A stretch of DNA of 34,219 nucleotides. Source: Acidobacteriota bacterium (GTDB lineage: Bacteria > Acidobacteriota > UBA6911 > JACQSX01). A program made the position numbers and the translations under genes. This document shows positions 19,798 through 28,527 of the stretch, piece after piece. The notes under the pieces were generated by a model. It was not told the DNA's origin. It saw only the letters and a program-made list of their open reading frames with translations, and did no database searches. The stretch covers positions 1 to 34,219 of the forward strand of contig DASXQR010000007.1 in NCBI GenBank assembly GCA_036507075.1, written 5' to 3'. Numbering within the stretch: the first letter of the stretch is position 1; every line of letters begins with the position of its first letter.

Positions 19798-19862
19798 CTT
19801 TGTGTCCTTCGTGTCTTTGTGGTGAAAGAAATCGCCACCACAAAGGCGCAAAGAGCACTAAG
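19798..19862. repeat. 9-mer-arm hairpin
   Basis: CTTTGTGTCCTTCGTGTCTTTGTGGTG...CACCACAAAGGCGCAAAG. Confidence 0.8.
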
Positions 19863-19872
19863 AAGCCACGAA

Positions 19873-20724
19873 ATGCATCCGACTCTCGCCATGGTCCTGG
19901 CTGCCCTCTGCTGGAGCACCAGTGGACTTTTGATCAAGCTGGTATCGCTGGACGCCGTCTCGCTGGCCGGATGGCGCTCATTTTTTGCCGGCATCGCCCT
20001 GCTGCTGATGGCGCGCGTTTTTCGCGTGCGCCCGGGTCTGCCGTGCAACTTCCATTCGTGGGCCACGGTTGCCTGCTACGTGTCGATCCTGCTTTTATTT
20101 GTCACTGCCACGAAGCTGACGACAGCAGCCAACGCCATCTTTCTGCAGTACACGGCTCCCGTGTACGTTCTTCTCTTTGAGCCGGTTTTTCTCCATACGC
20201 GCTTTAAAGTGCGCGATGTGGTTTTTGTGGCTCTGGCCCTGGGTGGAATGTCTCTGTTCTTTGTCGGGAGAATCGAGTCGGGAAGCTCGCGCGGAAATCT
20301 TCTCGCTTTAGCCAGTGGAATTGCATTTGCGGTGTTTGTTCTTCTGATACGCTCGCGGCACGATGACGACCGGGCGCGATGGCAGGCCGTCGTGTGGGGA
20401 AACTTTGTGTTGTTCGGCGCTACGCTCACCTGGCGTGTCCTCCAGGGCTCCGCCCTGGCATGGCCCAAAGAAACCACACAGCTTTTGGGAGTGGTTTTTC
20501 TCGGAGTGGTTCAGATCGGCGTTGCCTATGCGTTCTTCACCCACGCGATTGCCCATCTTTCCGCGCTCGAAGGGACGCTGATCGCCATGCTCGAACCGGT
20601 GCTCAATCCGGTCTGGGTTTATCTGGGAACCGGCGAGATCCCTTCTCGCTGGGCCATCCTCGGCGGCTCTCTGATCATCGGCACAGTAGCGGCGCGTGCC
20701 TGGCTGGAGACCGTTGAGGACTGA
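19873..20724 (+). CDS. EamA/DMT family transporter
   Basis: About 10 TM helices, ANAIFLQYTAP and LEPVLNPVWV motifs; start taken at the ATG after the repeat. Confidence 0.9.
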   Translation: MHPTLAMVLAALCWSTSGLLIKLVSLDAVSLAGWRSFFAGIALLLMARVFRVRPGLPCNFHSWATVACYVSILLLFVTATKLTTAANAIFLQYTAPVYVLLFEPVFLHTRFKVRDVVFVALALGGMSLFFVGRIESGSSRGNLLALASGIAFAVFVLLIRSRHDDDRARWQAVVWGNFVLFGATLTWRVLQGSALAWPKETTQLLGVVFLGVVQIGVAYAFFTHAIAHLSALEGTLIAMLEPVLNPVWVYLGTGEIPSRWAILGGSLIIGTVAARAWLETVED

Positions 20725-20833
20725 GGGACTGAGGGACTGAGAGACTGAGGGACTGAGAGACTGAGGGACTGAGGGACTGAGGGACTGAGGGCTAACGAAA
20801 GAATATTCTCCATCCCTCCATCCCTCCATCCCT
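20719..20833. repeat. Octamer arrays (GACTGAGR)x9 and (CCATCCCT)x3
   Basis: Directly countable; located between convergent genes. Confidence 0.9.
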
Positions 20834-20840
20834 CCCTCCT

Positions 20841-21554
20841 TCACTCCCCCTCGCCCCACCCGAACAGCGCCGCCAGCGGCAAATGATCCGAGGCCACTTT
20901 TGAAAGCCGTGTCCGTATCAATTCGGCCGACTGGATGGACAGAGGCTTTTCGAAATAAATGTGATCCAGGTGCAGCACGGGCAGGAATCCGGGATAGCTT
21001 CTTTTTTTGCGGATGTGCGTTTCCAGGTTGAGGCTTTCGAATTTGGCCGCCAGCATGCGCGAGGGAAGACCCCTGGTCCATTCATTGAAATCTCCCACGA
21101 GCACACGCGGCCCGGCGGCCGATTCAGTGAAGTGTTTCAGCGAAAGCAGCGCGCGTACCTGATGGCGGCGCTCAAAAAAGGAAGTGCCCAGGTGAATGTT
21201 CAGAACATGCAGCACTCCCCGCGGCGTTTTGATGTCAGCCTTCAGGCAGCCGCGCGGCTCGCGCCTCTTCCAGGAAATGTTCAGGTTTTCGTAAGCGAGT
21301 ATCGGCCAGCGGCTCAGTATTGCGTTGCCGTATCCGTGAGCCTGCAGCGTGCGCGTGCGACCAAACACGGCATTCAGTCCCAGCTCAGCCGCCAGCGACT
21401 CCAGTTGACCGGCCTTGCCTTGTTCTGACGAAAGCACTTCCTGCAACGCCACAATGTCGGCATCGACGCCGGCCAGAACGCGCACAATCCGCTCAACGCT
21501 GGTGCGCCGGTCCATCCCGCGACACTTGTGAACGTTATACGTGACAATCTTCAT
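20841..21554 (-). CDS. Endonuclease/exonuclease/phosphatase family protein
   Basis: TYNVH, LQEV, GNAILSR, GDFNE, LDHI and SDHLP motifs. Confidence 0.93.
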   Translation of the reverse strand: MKIVTYNVHKCRGMDRRTSVERIVRVLAGVDADIVALQEVLSSEQGKAGQLESLAAELGLNAVFGRTRTLQAHGYGNAILSRWPILAYENLNISWKRREPRGCLKADIKTPRGVLHVLNIHLGTSFFERRHQVRALLSLKHFTESAAGPRVLVGDFNEWTRGLPSRMLAAKFESLNLETHIRKKRSYPGFLPVLHLDHIYFEKPLSIQSAELIRTRLSKVASDHLPLAALFGWGEGE

Positions 21555-21562
21555 CCAGAAAT

Positions 21563-21625
21563 TTTTGTGTCCTTTGTGTCTTTGTGGTTATTTCCTTCCA
21601 CCACAAAGGCACAAAGGACACAAAG
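21563..21625. repeat. 9-mer-arm hairpin
   Basis: TTTGTGTCCTTTGTGTCTTTGTGG...CCACAAAGGCACAAAGGACACAAA. Confidence 0.85.
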
Positions 21626-21627
21626 AC

Positions 21628-22899
21628 TCATTGTTGCCGTTCGGCGAGGCGACTGAATTGCTCATGCAGACGTTCCAGCCAGGAGCGCTTCTCCCAGGTC
21701 TCATAGGTCACCCGACTGCTGCTTTTCAGGTCATTGAAAAAATCCTTCTCCAATCTCTCATTGAGCGACCCGTTTGGAATGGCGACATTGATTTCGTCAT
21801 TGATACTGAAGGACCGGTGATCAAAGTTGGTGGTTCCAATTACCGACCAGAGGTTGTCCACCATCAGCATCTTGACGTGCAGCATGGAGGGTTTGTATTC
21901 GTAGATCTCGACTCCTGCCTTCAGCAGCTCGCCGTAAAGCCGCCGGCTGGCGCTGCGAGTCATGGTGTGGTCGGATTTTCGCCCGGTGGTCAGGATTTTC
22001 ACCGTCACGCCGCGGTGGCGGGCTCCAATCAGCTCCTGGCGCAGGGCGACGTCAGGAAGGAAGTACGGCGTAGCGACGTAGATGTTCCGTTGGGCGCTTG
22101 CCACCAGAACCTGGAAAAGGATTCGGGCCCGGGTAGAGCGGCCGCGCGACGAGCTGTCGATGACAAGCGCGCGCTGGTTCCCTGACGCGCACAGCCTGGG
22201 GAAATAATCTTCGCCGGTGAGCACCTCACCGCACGACTCGAGCCAGTTTTCCACGAAGGTTCCCTGCAGCGCCGCCACTGCAGGCCCCTGGATTCGCACC
22301 ATCATGTCGCGCCAGGCCGGATGTCCTTTCGTTCCACGGTACCAGTGATCGGCCACACCGGCTCCTCCGACAAATGCCTCTTTCCCGTCAATCACCATGA
22401 TTTCGCGGTGGGTGCGAATATTAATCCGCTCCAGATTATTGACGTGCAAGGGATGGTAGAAGCAAACCAGGCAGCCTGCATCGCGCATTTGATTGAGCAG
22501 GTCTCTTCGCAGGGCCATCCCCAGGCTGCCGGCGGTGTCGAGCAGAAGGTTGACCTTCACGCCTGATTTGGCCTTTTCTGCAAGCAGGTCGGTGAATTGC
22601 CGTGCGATCTCGCCGCGCGAGAAGATATAGGCCTCAATGTTGACGCTACCGCGCGCGTTCCGAATAGCTTCGAGCTCGGCGGGATAGTGAGCGCCGCCGT
22701 TGGTGAGAACGTCGCACTGATTCCCGTCGTAATTGATGGCGTCTGTCAGGTTGGTGATCAATTGCACCGAGTAAGGATCCGTCAATGTGAGCGGCTCGCG
22801 AATCTTGTAGGCGAGCGACGGAATAAACAAGCTCCGGTAGAGCAAGAAGAGCAATACTCCTATGACGGTCCAACTGACTACGGTTTCCACCATCCCCAT
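21628..22899 (-). CDS. cls: Cardiolipin synthase-like phospholipase D
   Basis: Two PLD motifs (HREIMVID variant and HVKMLMVD), WRD and TPYF; paired with the EEP gene as in ybhP-clsB. Confidence 0.88.
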   Translation of the reverse strand: MGMVETVVSWTVIGVLLFLLYRSLFIPSLAYKIREPLTLTDPYSVQLITNLTDAINYDGNQCDVLTNGGAHYPAELEAIRNARGSVNIEAYIFSRGEIARQFTDLLAEKAKSGVKVNLLLDTAGSLGMALRRDLLNQMRDAGCLVCFYHPLHVNNLERINIRTHREIMVIDGKEAFVGGAGVADHWYRGTKGHPAWRDMMVRIQGPAVAALQGTFVENWLESCGEVLTGEDYFPRLCASGNQRALVIDSSSRGRSTRARILFQVLVASAQRNIYVATPYFLPDVALRQELIGARHRGVTVKILTTGRKSDHTMTRSASRRLYGELLKAGVEIYEYKPSMLHVKMLMVDNLWSVIGTTNFDHRSFSINDEINVAIPNGSLNERLEKDFFNDLKSSSRVTYETWEKRSWLERLHEQFSRLAERQQ

Positions 22900-23000
22900 C
22901 CTGCAGTTTGCATTTGGGTAGCCAAGTAATCTTACTTATTTCGCGCTTTCGCGCCTTCGCGGTTCTGGCCCGCTGTTTTCAACTAATGCTAGCATGAGAG

Positions 23001-23201
23001 TTGAAGTTCACTGACAAGAAGAGACCCGTCGCTGCTCTGGTTTCTCTAAGGAAGGTTGATCAGGAGTCTTTGGCGCTAAGCACGAATCCAGAGTTTCTGA
23101 GAATCATAGAAACCGCGCGCACGGAAATCCGAGCGGGGAAAGCGACTTCACTGGAGGAACTAGAGGTGAAGTTCAAGCTAGCAACGCCTAGAGGTCGATG
23201 A
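23001..23201 (+). pseudogene. Antitoxin fragment (Phd/YefM-like, N-terminus missing)
   Basis: TDKKRPVAALV...ESLALSTNPEFLRIIE..R...G..SLEE; no cognate toxin follows. Confidence 0.55.
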
Positions 23202-23575
23202 AGCAGCCGCCGCTTCCAGCGACACTGGAATTCTCAAGAACACTTTCAGCCAGCTCAGCTCAAGTGGCGGCTACGGTGATTCGCACCAGTCCCGGGCAGT
23301 TCGCCACGCTTCCTGTAACAGGCGCCGATCGCGGCGCCGCACCGTTCTTCCGGCATAAAGAACATCTCAGTTTGCGAATACGCATGGCTTACCTCCTGCC
23401 TCGGTCGTTTGCTCCTTAATTAATTATCAGAAGCATGTCTGGCATAGTACCGAAAAAAAGAGAATGCGCTCCAATGTTTGAAATGTGAGTGATGGGCTTG
23501 GCCGATTCGTTCATGTGTGCCAGGAACTGTGTGACGCGCGCCCATGGCAGCTTAGCGGCCAGCATCGCGGCGGGT

Positions 23576-23606
23576 TTGACAAATGTAGCCTCAAGAAGCT
23601 ACATTT
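23576..23606 (+). promoter_or_regulatory. Toxin-antitoxin promoter with overlapping palindromic operator
   Basis: TTGACA-N18-TACATT; inverted repeat AAATGTAGC-N8-GCTACATTT. Confidence 0.75.
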
Positions 23607-23611
23607 ATGCG

Positions 23612-23899
23612 ATGAAGGTCGTTGGATTGCGTGAATTAAGGAACCGTCTCAGCGAGTACGTCCGGGAAGTCCGGGCAGGCGAGGAAGTGATTGTGACCGA
23701 TCGCGGCCAGGCAGTCGCCGAGTTCCGTCCGCCTGGTACGGTTCGCGACGAGAAGCTTCCGCCCGGTCTTTTGGCACTGGCCAAGGCCGGGGCTCTTTCG
23801 CTCGGAGCTCCAAACCGCGCTGATCTTTATCCGCACTTACCGCGTCGGTCCAAGATCAGCATGCGGTCGCTTCTGGATCACGAGCGAGGCGACCGTTGA
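23612..23899 (+). CDS. Phd/YefM family antitoxin
   Basis: MKVVGLRELRNRLSEYVREVRAGEEVIVTDRG. Confidence 0.9.
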   Translation: MKVVGLRELRNRLSEYVREVRAGEEVIVTDRGQAVAEFRPPGTVRDEKLPPGLLALAKAGALSLGAPNRADLYPHLPRRSKISMRSLLDHERGDR

Positions 23900-24317
23900 A
23901 TTTGTACGCTGAGTCGAGCGCCGTTCTGGCGTGGCTGATCGGCGAACCCGCTGGGAAGGCGGCACGCAGCGCCCTGGCGAAGGCAGAAATGGTGCTCGCT
24001 TCCGATTTGACCTTATCGAATCCGATCGGGTTCTTATCCGAGCAGTCGCCGGTGTCGAATTATCCGAAGCTGATCTGGCCGACCGGAGGGCTGTCCTCAA
24101 TTCTGCAGCGGCACACTGGCACATTCTCCGCCTCGATGCGGCGATTGTCGAGCGGGCACGTCGCCCGTTTCCGCTTGAACCGATCAGAACCCTCGATGCG
24201 ATTCATTTGGCGAGCGCATTGTCGGCGCGAGCTCTTGTGCCTGGACTGGCGCTGCTTACGCTGGATGAGCGCATACGAAGTACCGCCCTGCGACTCGGCT
24301 TTCAACTGAGTATTTGA
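23896..24317 (+). pseudogene. vapC: PIN/VapC toxin, frameshifted near 24012
   Basis: N-terminus MNLYAESSAVLAWL is in one frame and C-terminus ...IRTLDAIHLASA...TLDERI is in the -1 frame. Confidence 0.85.
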
Positions 24318-24601
24318 AGTACCATGAGAAACCGAGTTGCATTCCCCGATTGCGCTTGATCCGCCAATCCGGCTTTTTGCTGAGTTTGCAACTTCTCCGG
24401 TCCACTGCCGGCGTCCTTCCTAACGACGGGGAAGCCCGGCGCCCGAAAATGGATTGAGTGGGAAGCTGCCGGTGGCAGCGTCAAAGATGTAGCGCTGAGC
24501 CCGGTGCCTTTGGTAACGTGACTCATGCATGACCGGGACAATCGTCCCGCGTTCATCCATGGAGATCGCGTTCATCCATAGAGATAGAAAGGGAAGCCGG
24601 C

Positions 24602-26446
24602 ATGGTTAGGTCATATAGGATCAGGATCAGTTGGGTATTTTTGTGGACTCTGGTTTTGGCATTCGACTGCAGAGCCCAGGATCAGGATGAGACTGCGCCG
24701 CAAGTAAGTGCAAGAACGATGCGTCCGGTCATCCGAGGAAGCCATTATGCCGTGGCCTCGATGAAGCCGGAGGCGACCCGGGCGGCTGAACGCATCCTGG
24801 AAGCGGGAGGCAATGCATTCGATGCAATCGTTGCAGGCCAGGCCGTGCTGGGTGTTGTGGACGCCGCTGCCAATGGCGTCGGCAGCGACACGGTGATCCT
24901 GGTCTACGATGCTCGCGCCGGGAAGGTCTTCTCAGTCAACGGCGAAGGGACCGCTCCACGGCTGGCGACCATCGAATGGTATAAGAAGAATTTTGAAGGC
25001 AAACTCCCGCAAAGCGATGGACTGCTGTCGGGAACCGTGCCCGGAGTCGTTGATGCCTGGTACATCCTGCTGGATCGCTGGGGTACGATGAGCTTTGCCC
25101 AGGTGCTGGAGCAGGCGATTGATCTCGCTGAGAATGGCTTTCCCATCGGCAACGCGCTCGCCCGGGCCATTGCGAATCCCCGCAGCTCTCGGAAACTTCA
25201 CAAGTATCCTTCAACTGTGAAGGTGTACTATCCGAACGGCGCGGCGCCGGAACCCGGCCAGATCTTTCGCAATCCGGACCTTGCGCGTATGCTGAAAAAA
25301 CTGGTGGAGGCCGAAAAACAGAAGGCAGGTAAAGGACGCCATGAAGCATTGAAGGCTGCGCGTGACCGTTTCTACAAGGGAGACATCGCGCAGGCGATGG
25401 CAAAGTTCTCGGAGGAAAACGGCGGCTTGTTCCGCTATCAGGATTTCGCCGGCTATACGGCCAAAGTGGAAGAGCCTGTCTCCATTGATTACCGGGGCTA
25501 CCAGATCTACAAAAACCCCTCGGCCAGCCAGGGGCCCGCAGAACTGTTCACGCTGAATCTGCTGGAGGGCTATGACCTCAAAGCGATGGGCCACAACAGC
25601 GCAGAGTACATTCACACCAGCGCTGAAGCTCTTAAGCTTGCCTTCGCCGACCGGGAGAAGTATCTGGGCGACATGGATTTCATCCGCATCCCCTACCAGG
25701 GCTTGCTCTCAAAAGACTACGCCGCTGAACGACGGAAACTGATTGATCCGGATAAAGCGTCGCTGGAACTCAGGCCCGGGACGGCGGAGAGATTCATGAA
25801 GGACGCAGCGCCGCTGGATCGCCCGGTCAAGCCCAATCTGTGGGGAGAAGGGGACCACGAGGGCGACACAAGTTACATCGCCGTGGTTGACAAAGACCGC
25901 AATATGGTCAGCTTCGAGCCCAGCTTGCACAGCGGTTTTGGAACCGGAGTCGTGATGGGCGATACGGGGATCCTCTTCAACTGCCGCGGCGATTACTACT
26001 CGCTGGTGCCGGGCGAAGCAAACGCGCTCGAGCCGGGAAAGCGGCCGCGCAGCACGTTACAAAGCACCTTGGTGATGAAGAACGGCCGGCCGCACATGGT
26101 GCTGGGTAGTCCGGGTGGAGATGACCAGATTATGCGGACCATCCAGACGCTCTTGAACATGGTGGATTTCGGGATGGATGTTCAGCAGGCGATTGAAGCC
26201 CCGCGCTGGTCCACGCGCAGCTTTCCTGCGTCGCCATTTCCTCACAGGATGTATCCAGGCGACCTGTCGGTTGAAGCGCGGGTGCCCGAATCTGTTCAAC
26301 AAGCCCTGATTGCCAAGGGCCACAAGCTGCGCGCTTTGCCGGCTTGGTCAATGGGTTCAAACGCAGCCATCGTCGTGGATCTGAAGACGGGCGTATTAAG
26401 CGTGGGGGCCGATCCCCGAGTGGAAGCCTACGCCTGGGCCTGGTAA
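24602..26446 (+). CDS. ggt: Gamma-glutamyltransferase family protein
   Basis: GGNAFDA, VPGVV, nucleophile in GDTS, PGKRPRST and GSPGG motifs. Confidence 0.93.
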   Translation: MVRSYRIRISWVFLWTLVLAFDCRAQDQDETAPQVSARTMRPVIRGSHYAVASMKPEATRAAERILEAGGNAFDAIVAGQAVLGVVDAAANGVGSDTVILVYDARAGKVFSVNGEGTAPRLATIEWYKKNFEGKLPQSDGLLSGTVPGVVDAWYILLDRWGTMSFAQVLEQAIDLAENGFPIGNALARAIANPRSSRKLHKYPSTVKVYYPNGAAPEPGQIFRNPDLARMLKKLVEAEKQKAGKGRHEALKAARDRFYKGDIAQAMAKFSEENGGLFRYQDFAGYTAKVEEPVSIDYRGYQIYKNPSASQGPAELFTLNLLEGYDLKAMGHNSAEYIHTSAEALKLAFADREKYLGDMDFIRIPYQGLLSKDYAAERRKLIDPDKASLELRPGTAERFMKDAAPLDRPVKPNLWGEGDHEGDTSYIAVVDKDRNMVSFEPSLHSGFGTGVVMGDTGILFNCRGDYYSLVPGEANALEPGKRPRSTLQSTLVMKNGRPHMVLGSPGGDDQIMRTIQTLLNMVDFGMDVQQAIEAPRWSTRSFPASPFPHRMYPGDLSVEARVPESVQQALIAKGHKLRALPAWSMGSNAAIVVDLKTGVLSVGADPRVEAYAWAW

Positions 26447-26602
26447 CCGCCAAGAACGCCAAGAGAGCGCCAAGGACGGGGGCTGAAACTTGAAGCATGA
26501 AAACACGACGCAGACAGGAGAAAGGATTATGGCCCTCATGCTTCAAGTTTCAGCCCCCGTCCTTGGCGCTTTTCTTAGCGCTCTTAGCGTTCTTGGCGGT
26601 TA
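26444..26602. repeat. Palindromic element family B, copy 3
   Basis: TAACCGCCAAGAACGC...GCGTTCTTGGCGGTTA; overlaps the ggt stop and the next gene's 5' end. Confidence 0.9.
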
Positions 26603-28287
26603 AGGCGCAGCTTTACGCGCAGAACCCCCAGTTGTCCTACATCCTCTGGAACCCTGTTGTAATCCGCTCGGATCGAGTTGACCCGGTCGTGCTGCAGGCA
26701 TTTGTCACCGGTGGTCCCACGCGCGTCGTTTTTGAGTCGAACACCAATGCTTCTCCATTTCAGCAGCCCGGCAGCGACATCGACATGATTCCTGCGGGGA
26801 GCGCCGGTGCGTTCTCGGTTACGCTGACGCCGGCGCAGTTGACAGCCGGATTAGGAGCCGACGATGTGTATCGCCGCTTTGTCGGCTTCATCAAGATTTT
26901 CTCCGGCTCAAGCCTGATCTCACGCGCCAACATCTTCGCTGAAATCATCACGCCCGAAATTCCGCGCCTGCCGGTGACTGTCATGGCGCCTGATGTGCAG
27001 CGGACCGATACGTTCGTCAATATCGTCGACAGCGCATTCTTCGGTTCCACGTTCGACTACTTTCGCGTCGCCAAAAAGTTCTACCAGTTCTTTCCGGACG
27101 ACTTTGACTTCCTCAACATCGTTTTGCTTCCCGGATATTTTCAGAATCGATTCCATTTCACGGTCAAAAACGAAGTTCAGGGAATCGGCCTGGCGCGCAT
27201 CGACAACGCCGCCTTCTACGGCAGCAACGGGAGACTGAAGGGAATCACTGTCTTCCCGAACACTTTTTTCTTTGACGGGGCCACCGCCGGATACCAGCAC
27301 GAGCTCGGACACCAGTGGATCAACTACCTGAGCACGGCGCCGTTCAGTTCGGGAATTCCGCACTGGCCGTTGTCAAGCATGGCCAGCGGGATCATGGGCT
27401 GGTCGGACCCGGTGACGCTGCAGGGTCTGAGTTTTCCCTGCAGGCTGCTGGCCGAGCCAGGGGGAGTGCGGTTGACGACGGACATCGGCACACCGGTTTT
27501 TACCGATTTTGACATGTACCTGATGGGACTGGTGCCGGCGGAAAGCGTCGGCGAGCACCTGGTGTTCGCCGACCAGAATCAGGCGCGCTCGCTGTCATGC
27601 AACGGCCAGCTTTTCACGGGCGCAATAGTTCGCGTTACTGCGGCCAACGTGCTCAGTGTGTTGGGCCGCCGAACGCCCGAGCCGGCCGCGCTGCCGCCGC
27701 GCTTCCGCATCGCAACGGTTCTGGTGAGCCGCGACGGCCTGCTGAGCGAAGACGCCATGGCGCTGTACAGTTTCTTTGCGCGCCGCGCCGCCGAAACGCG
27801 CGAGGTCGCCATTCACGAAGGCTTCCTCAAAGCGACCGGCAAGCCGTTTGTGATTTCCACGGGCGGGCGCGCCGCGCTCGATCCGACCGTCGTCCCGGTT
27901 GCCGACCTGGATCTTGCCAAGACGCATGCGGGCATCTTTTTCGCCTCGCGGCCGGCCGTCTACATCCTCACGATCAGCAACATCGGCTCGGCGTCGACCA
28001 GTGGAACCATCACCGTTGCCGACACTCTTCCCGACACGCTGCGCTACGTGACCGCTTCAGGCAGCGGCTGGACCTGTTCGGCTCTGGGCCAGTCGGTGAC
28101 CTGCACTTCCGGCGCGCCCATCCAACCCGGCGGAAAGAGCACTCTTACGCTGACAGTCCAGGTCAGCTCCGCGGTCGCCACCATCATCAACACGGCTACT
28201 GTCTCGAATGTTTCCGACACGAACACAGCCAACAACACCTCCACCGACACATCCACCACCGTCCGCCCGCCCCGCCGGCGACCCTAG
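26497..28287 (+). CDS. Secreted zincin-like (HELGH) protein with a C-terminal DUF11-like domain
   Basis: HELGHQW...HW motif; ADLDLAKTH...YILTISNIG...DTLP...NTATV...NNTS; start uncertain. Confidence 0.8.
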   Translation: MKTRRRQEKGLWPSCFKFQPPSLALFLALLAFLAVKAQLYAQNPQLSYILWNPVVIRSDRVDPVVLQAFVTGGPTRVVFESNTNASPFQQPGSDIDMIPAGSAGAFSVTLTPAQLTAGLGADDVYRRFVGFIKIFSGSSLISRANIFAEIITPEIPRLPVTVMAPDVQRTDTFVNIVDSAFFGSTFDYFRVAKKFYQFFPDDFDFLNIVLLPGYFQNRFHFTVKNEVQGIGLARIDNAAFYGSNGRLKGITVFPNTFFFDGATAGYQHELGHQWINYLSTAPFSSGIPHWPLSSMASGIMGWSDPVTLQGLSFPCRLLAEPGGVRLTTDIGTPVFTDFDMYLMGLVPAESVGEHLVFADQNQARSLSCNGQLFTGAIVRVTAANVLSVLGRRTPEPAALPPRFRIATVLVSRDGLLSEDAMALYSFFARRAAETREVAIHEGFLKATGKPFVISTGGRAALDPTVVPVADLDLAKTHAGIFFASRPAVYILTISNIGSASTSGTITVADTLPDTLRYVTASGSGWTCSALGQSVTCTSGAPIQPGGKSTLTLTVQVSSAVATIINTATVSNVSDTNTANNTSTDTSTTVRPPRRRP

Positions 28288-28340
28288 CGCCTCCTTGGTG
28301 CCTTTGTGTCTTTGTGGTGAACTTGATCTCCACCACCCTG

Positions 28341-28369
28341 TTGACACCAAAATCCCCACCCATTAATAT
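28341..28369 (+). promoter_or_regulatory. Sigma70 promoter of the tRNA
   Basis: TTGACA-N17-TAATAT. Confidence 0.8.
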
Positions 28370-28383
28370 TGAAGTTTCCCTGA

Positions 28384-28460
<77 letters not shown>

Positions 28461-28477
28461 ACTACTTTGAAATCGGC

Positions 28478-28500
28478 AGCCACCGTAAGGTGGCTTTTTT
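28478..28500 (+). terminator. Intrinsic terminator
   Basis: AGCCACC-GTAA-GGTGGCT followed by a T run. Confidence 0.85.
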
Positions 28501-28527
28501 GTTGGCGTTGCGGATCTGAGGCGTTTG

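Noticed and set aside
23540..23575. attC remnant before the toxin-antitoxin pair
   Set aside because: No GTTRRRY core or matching inverse core is visible.
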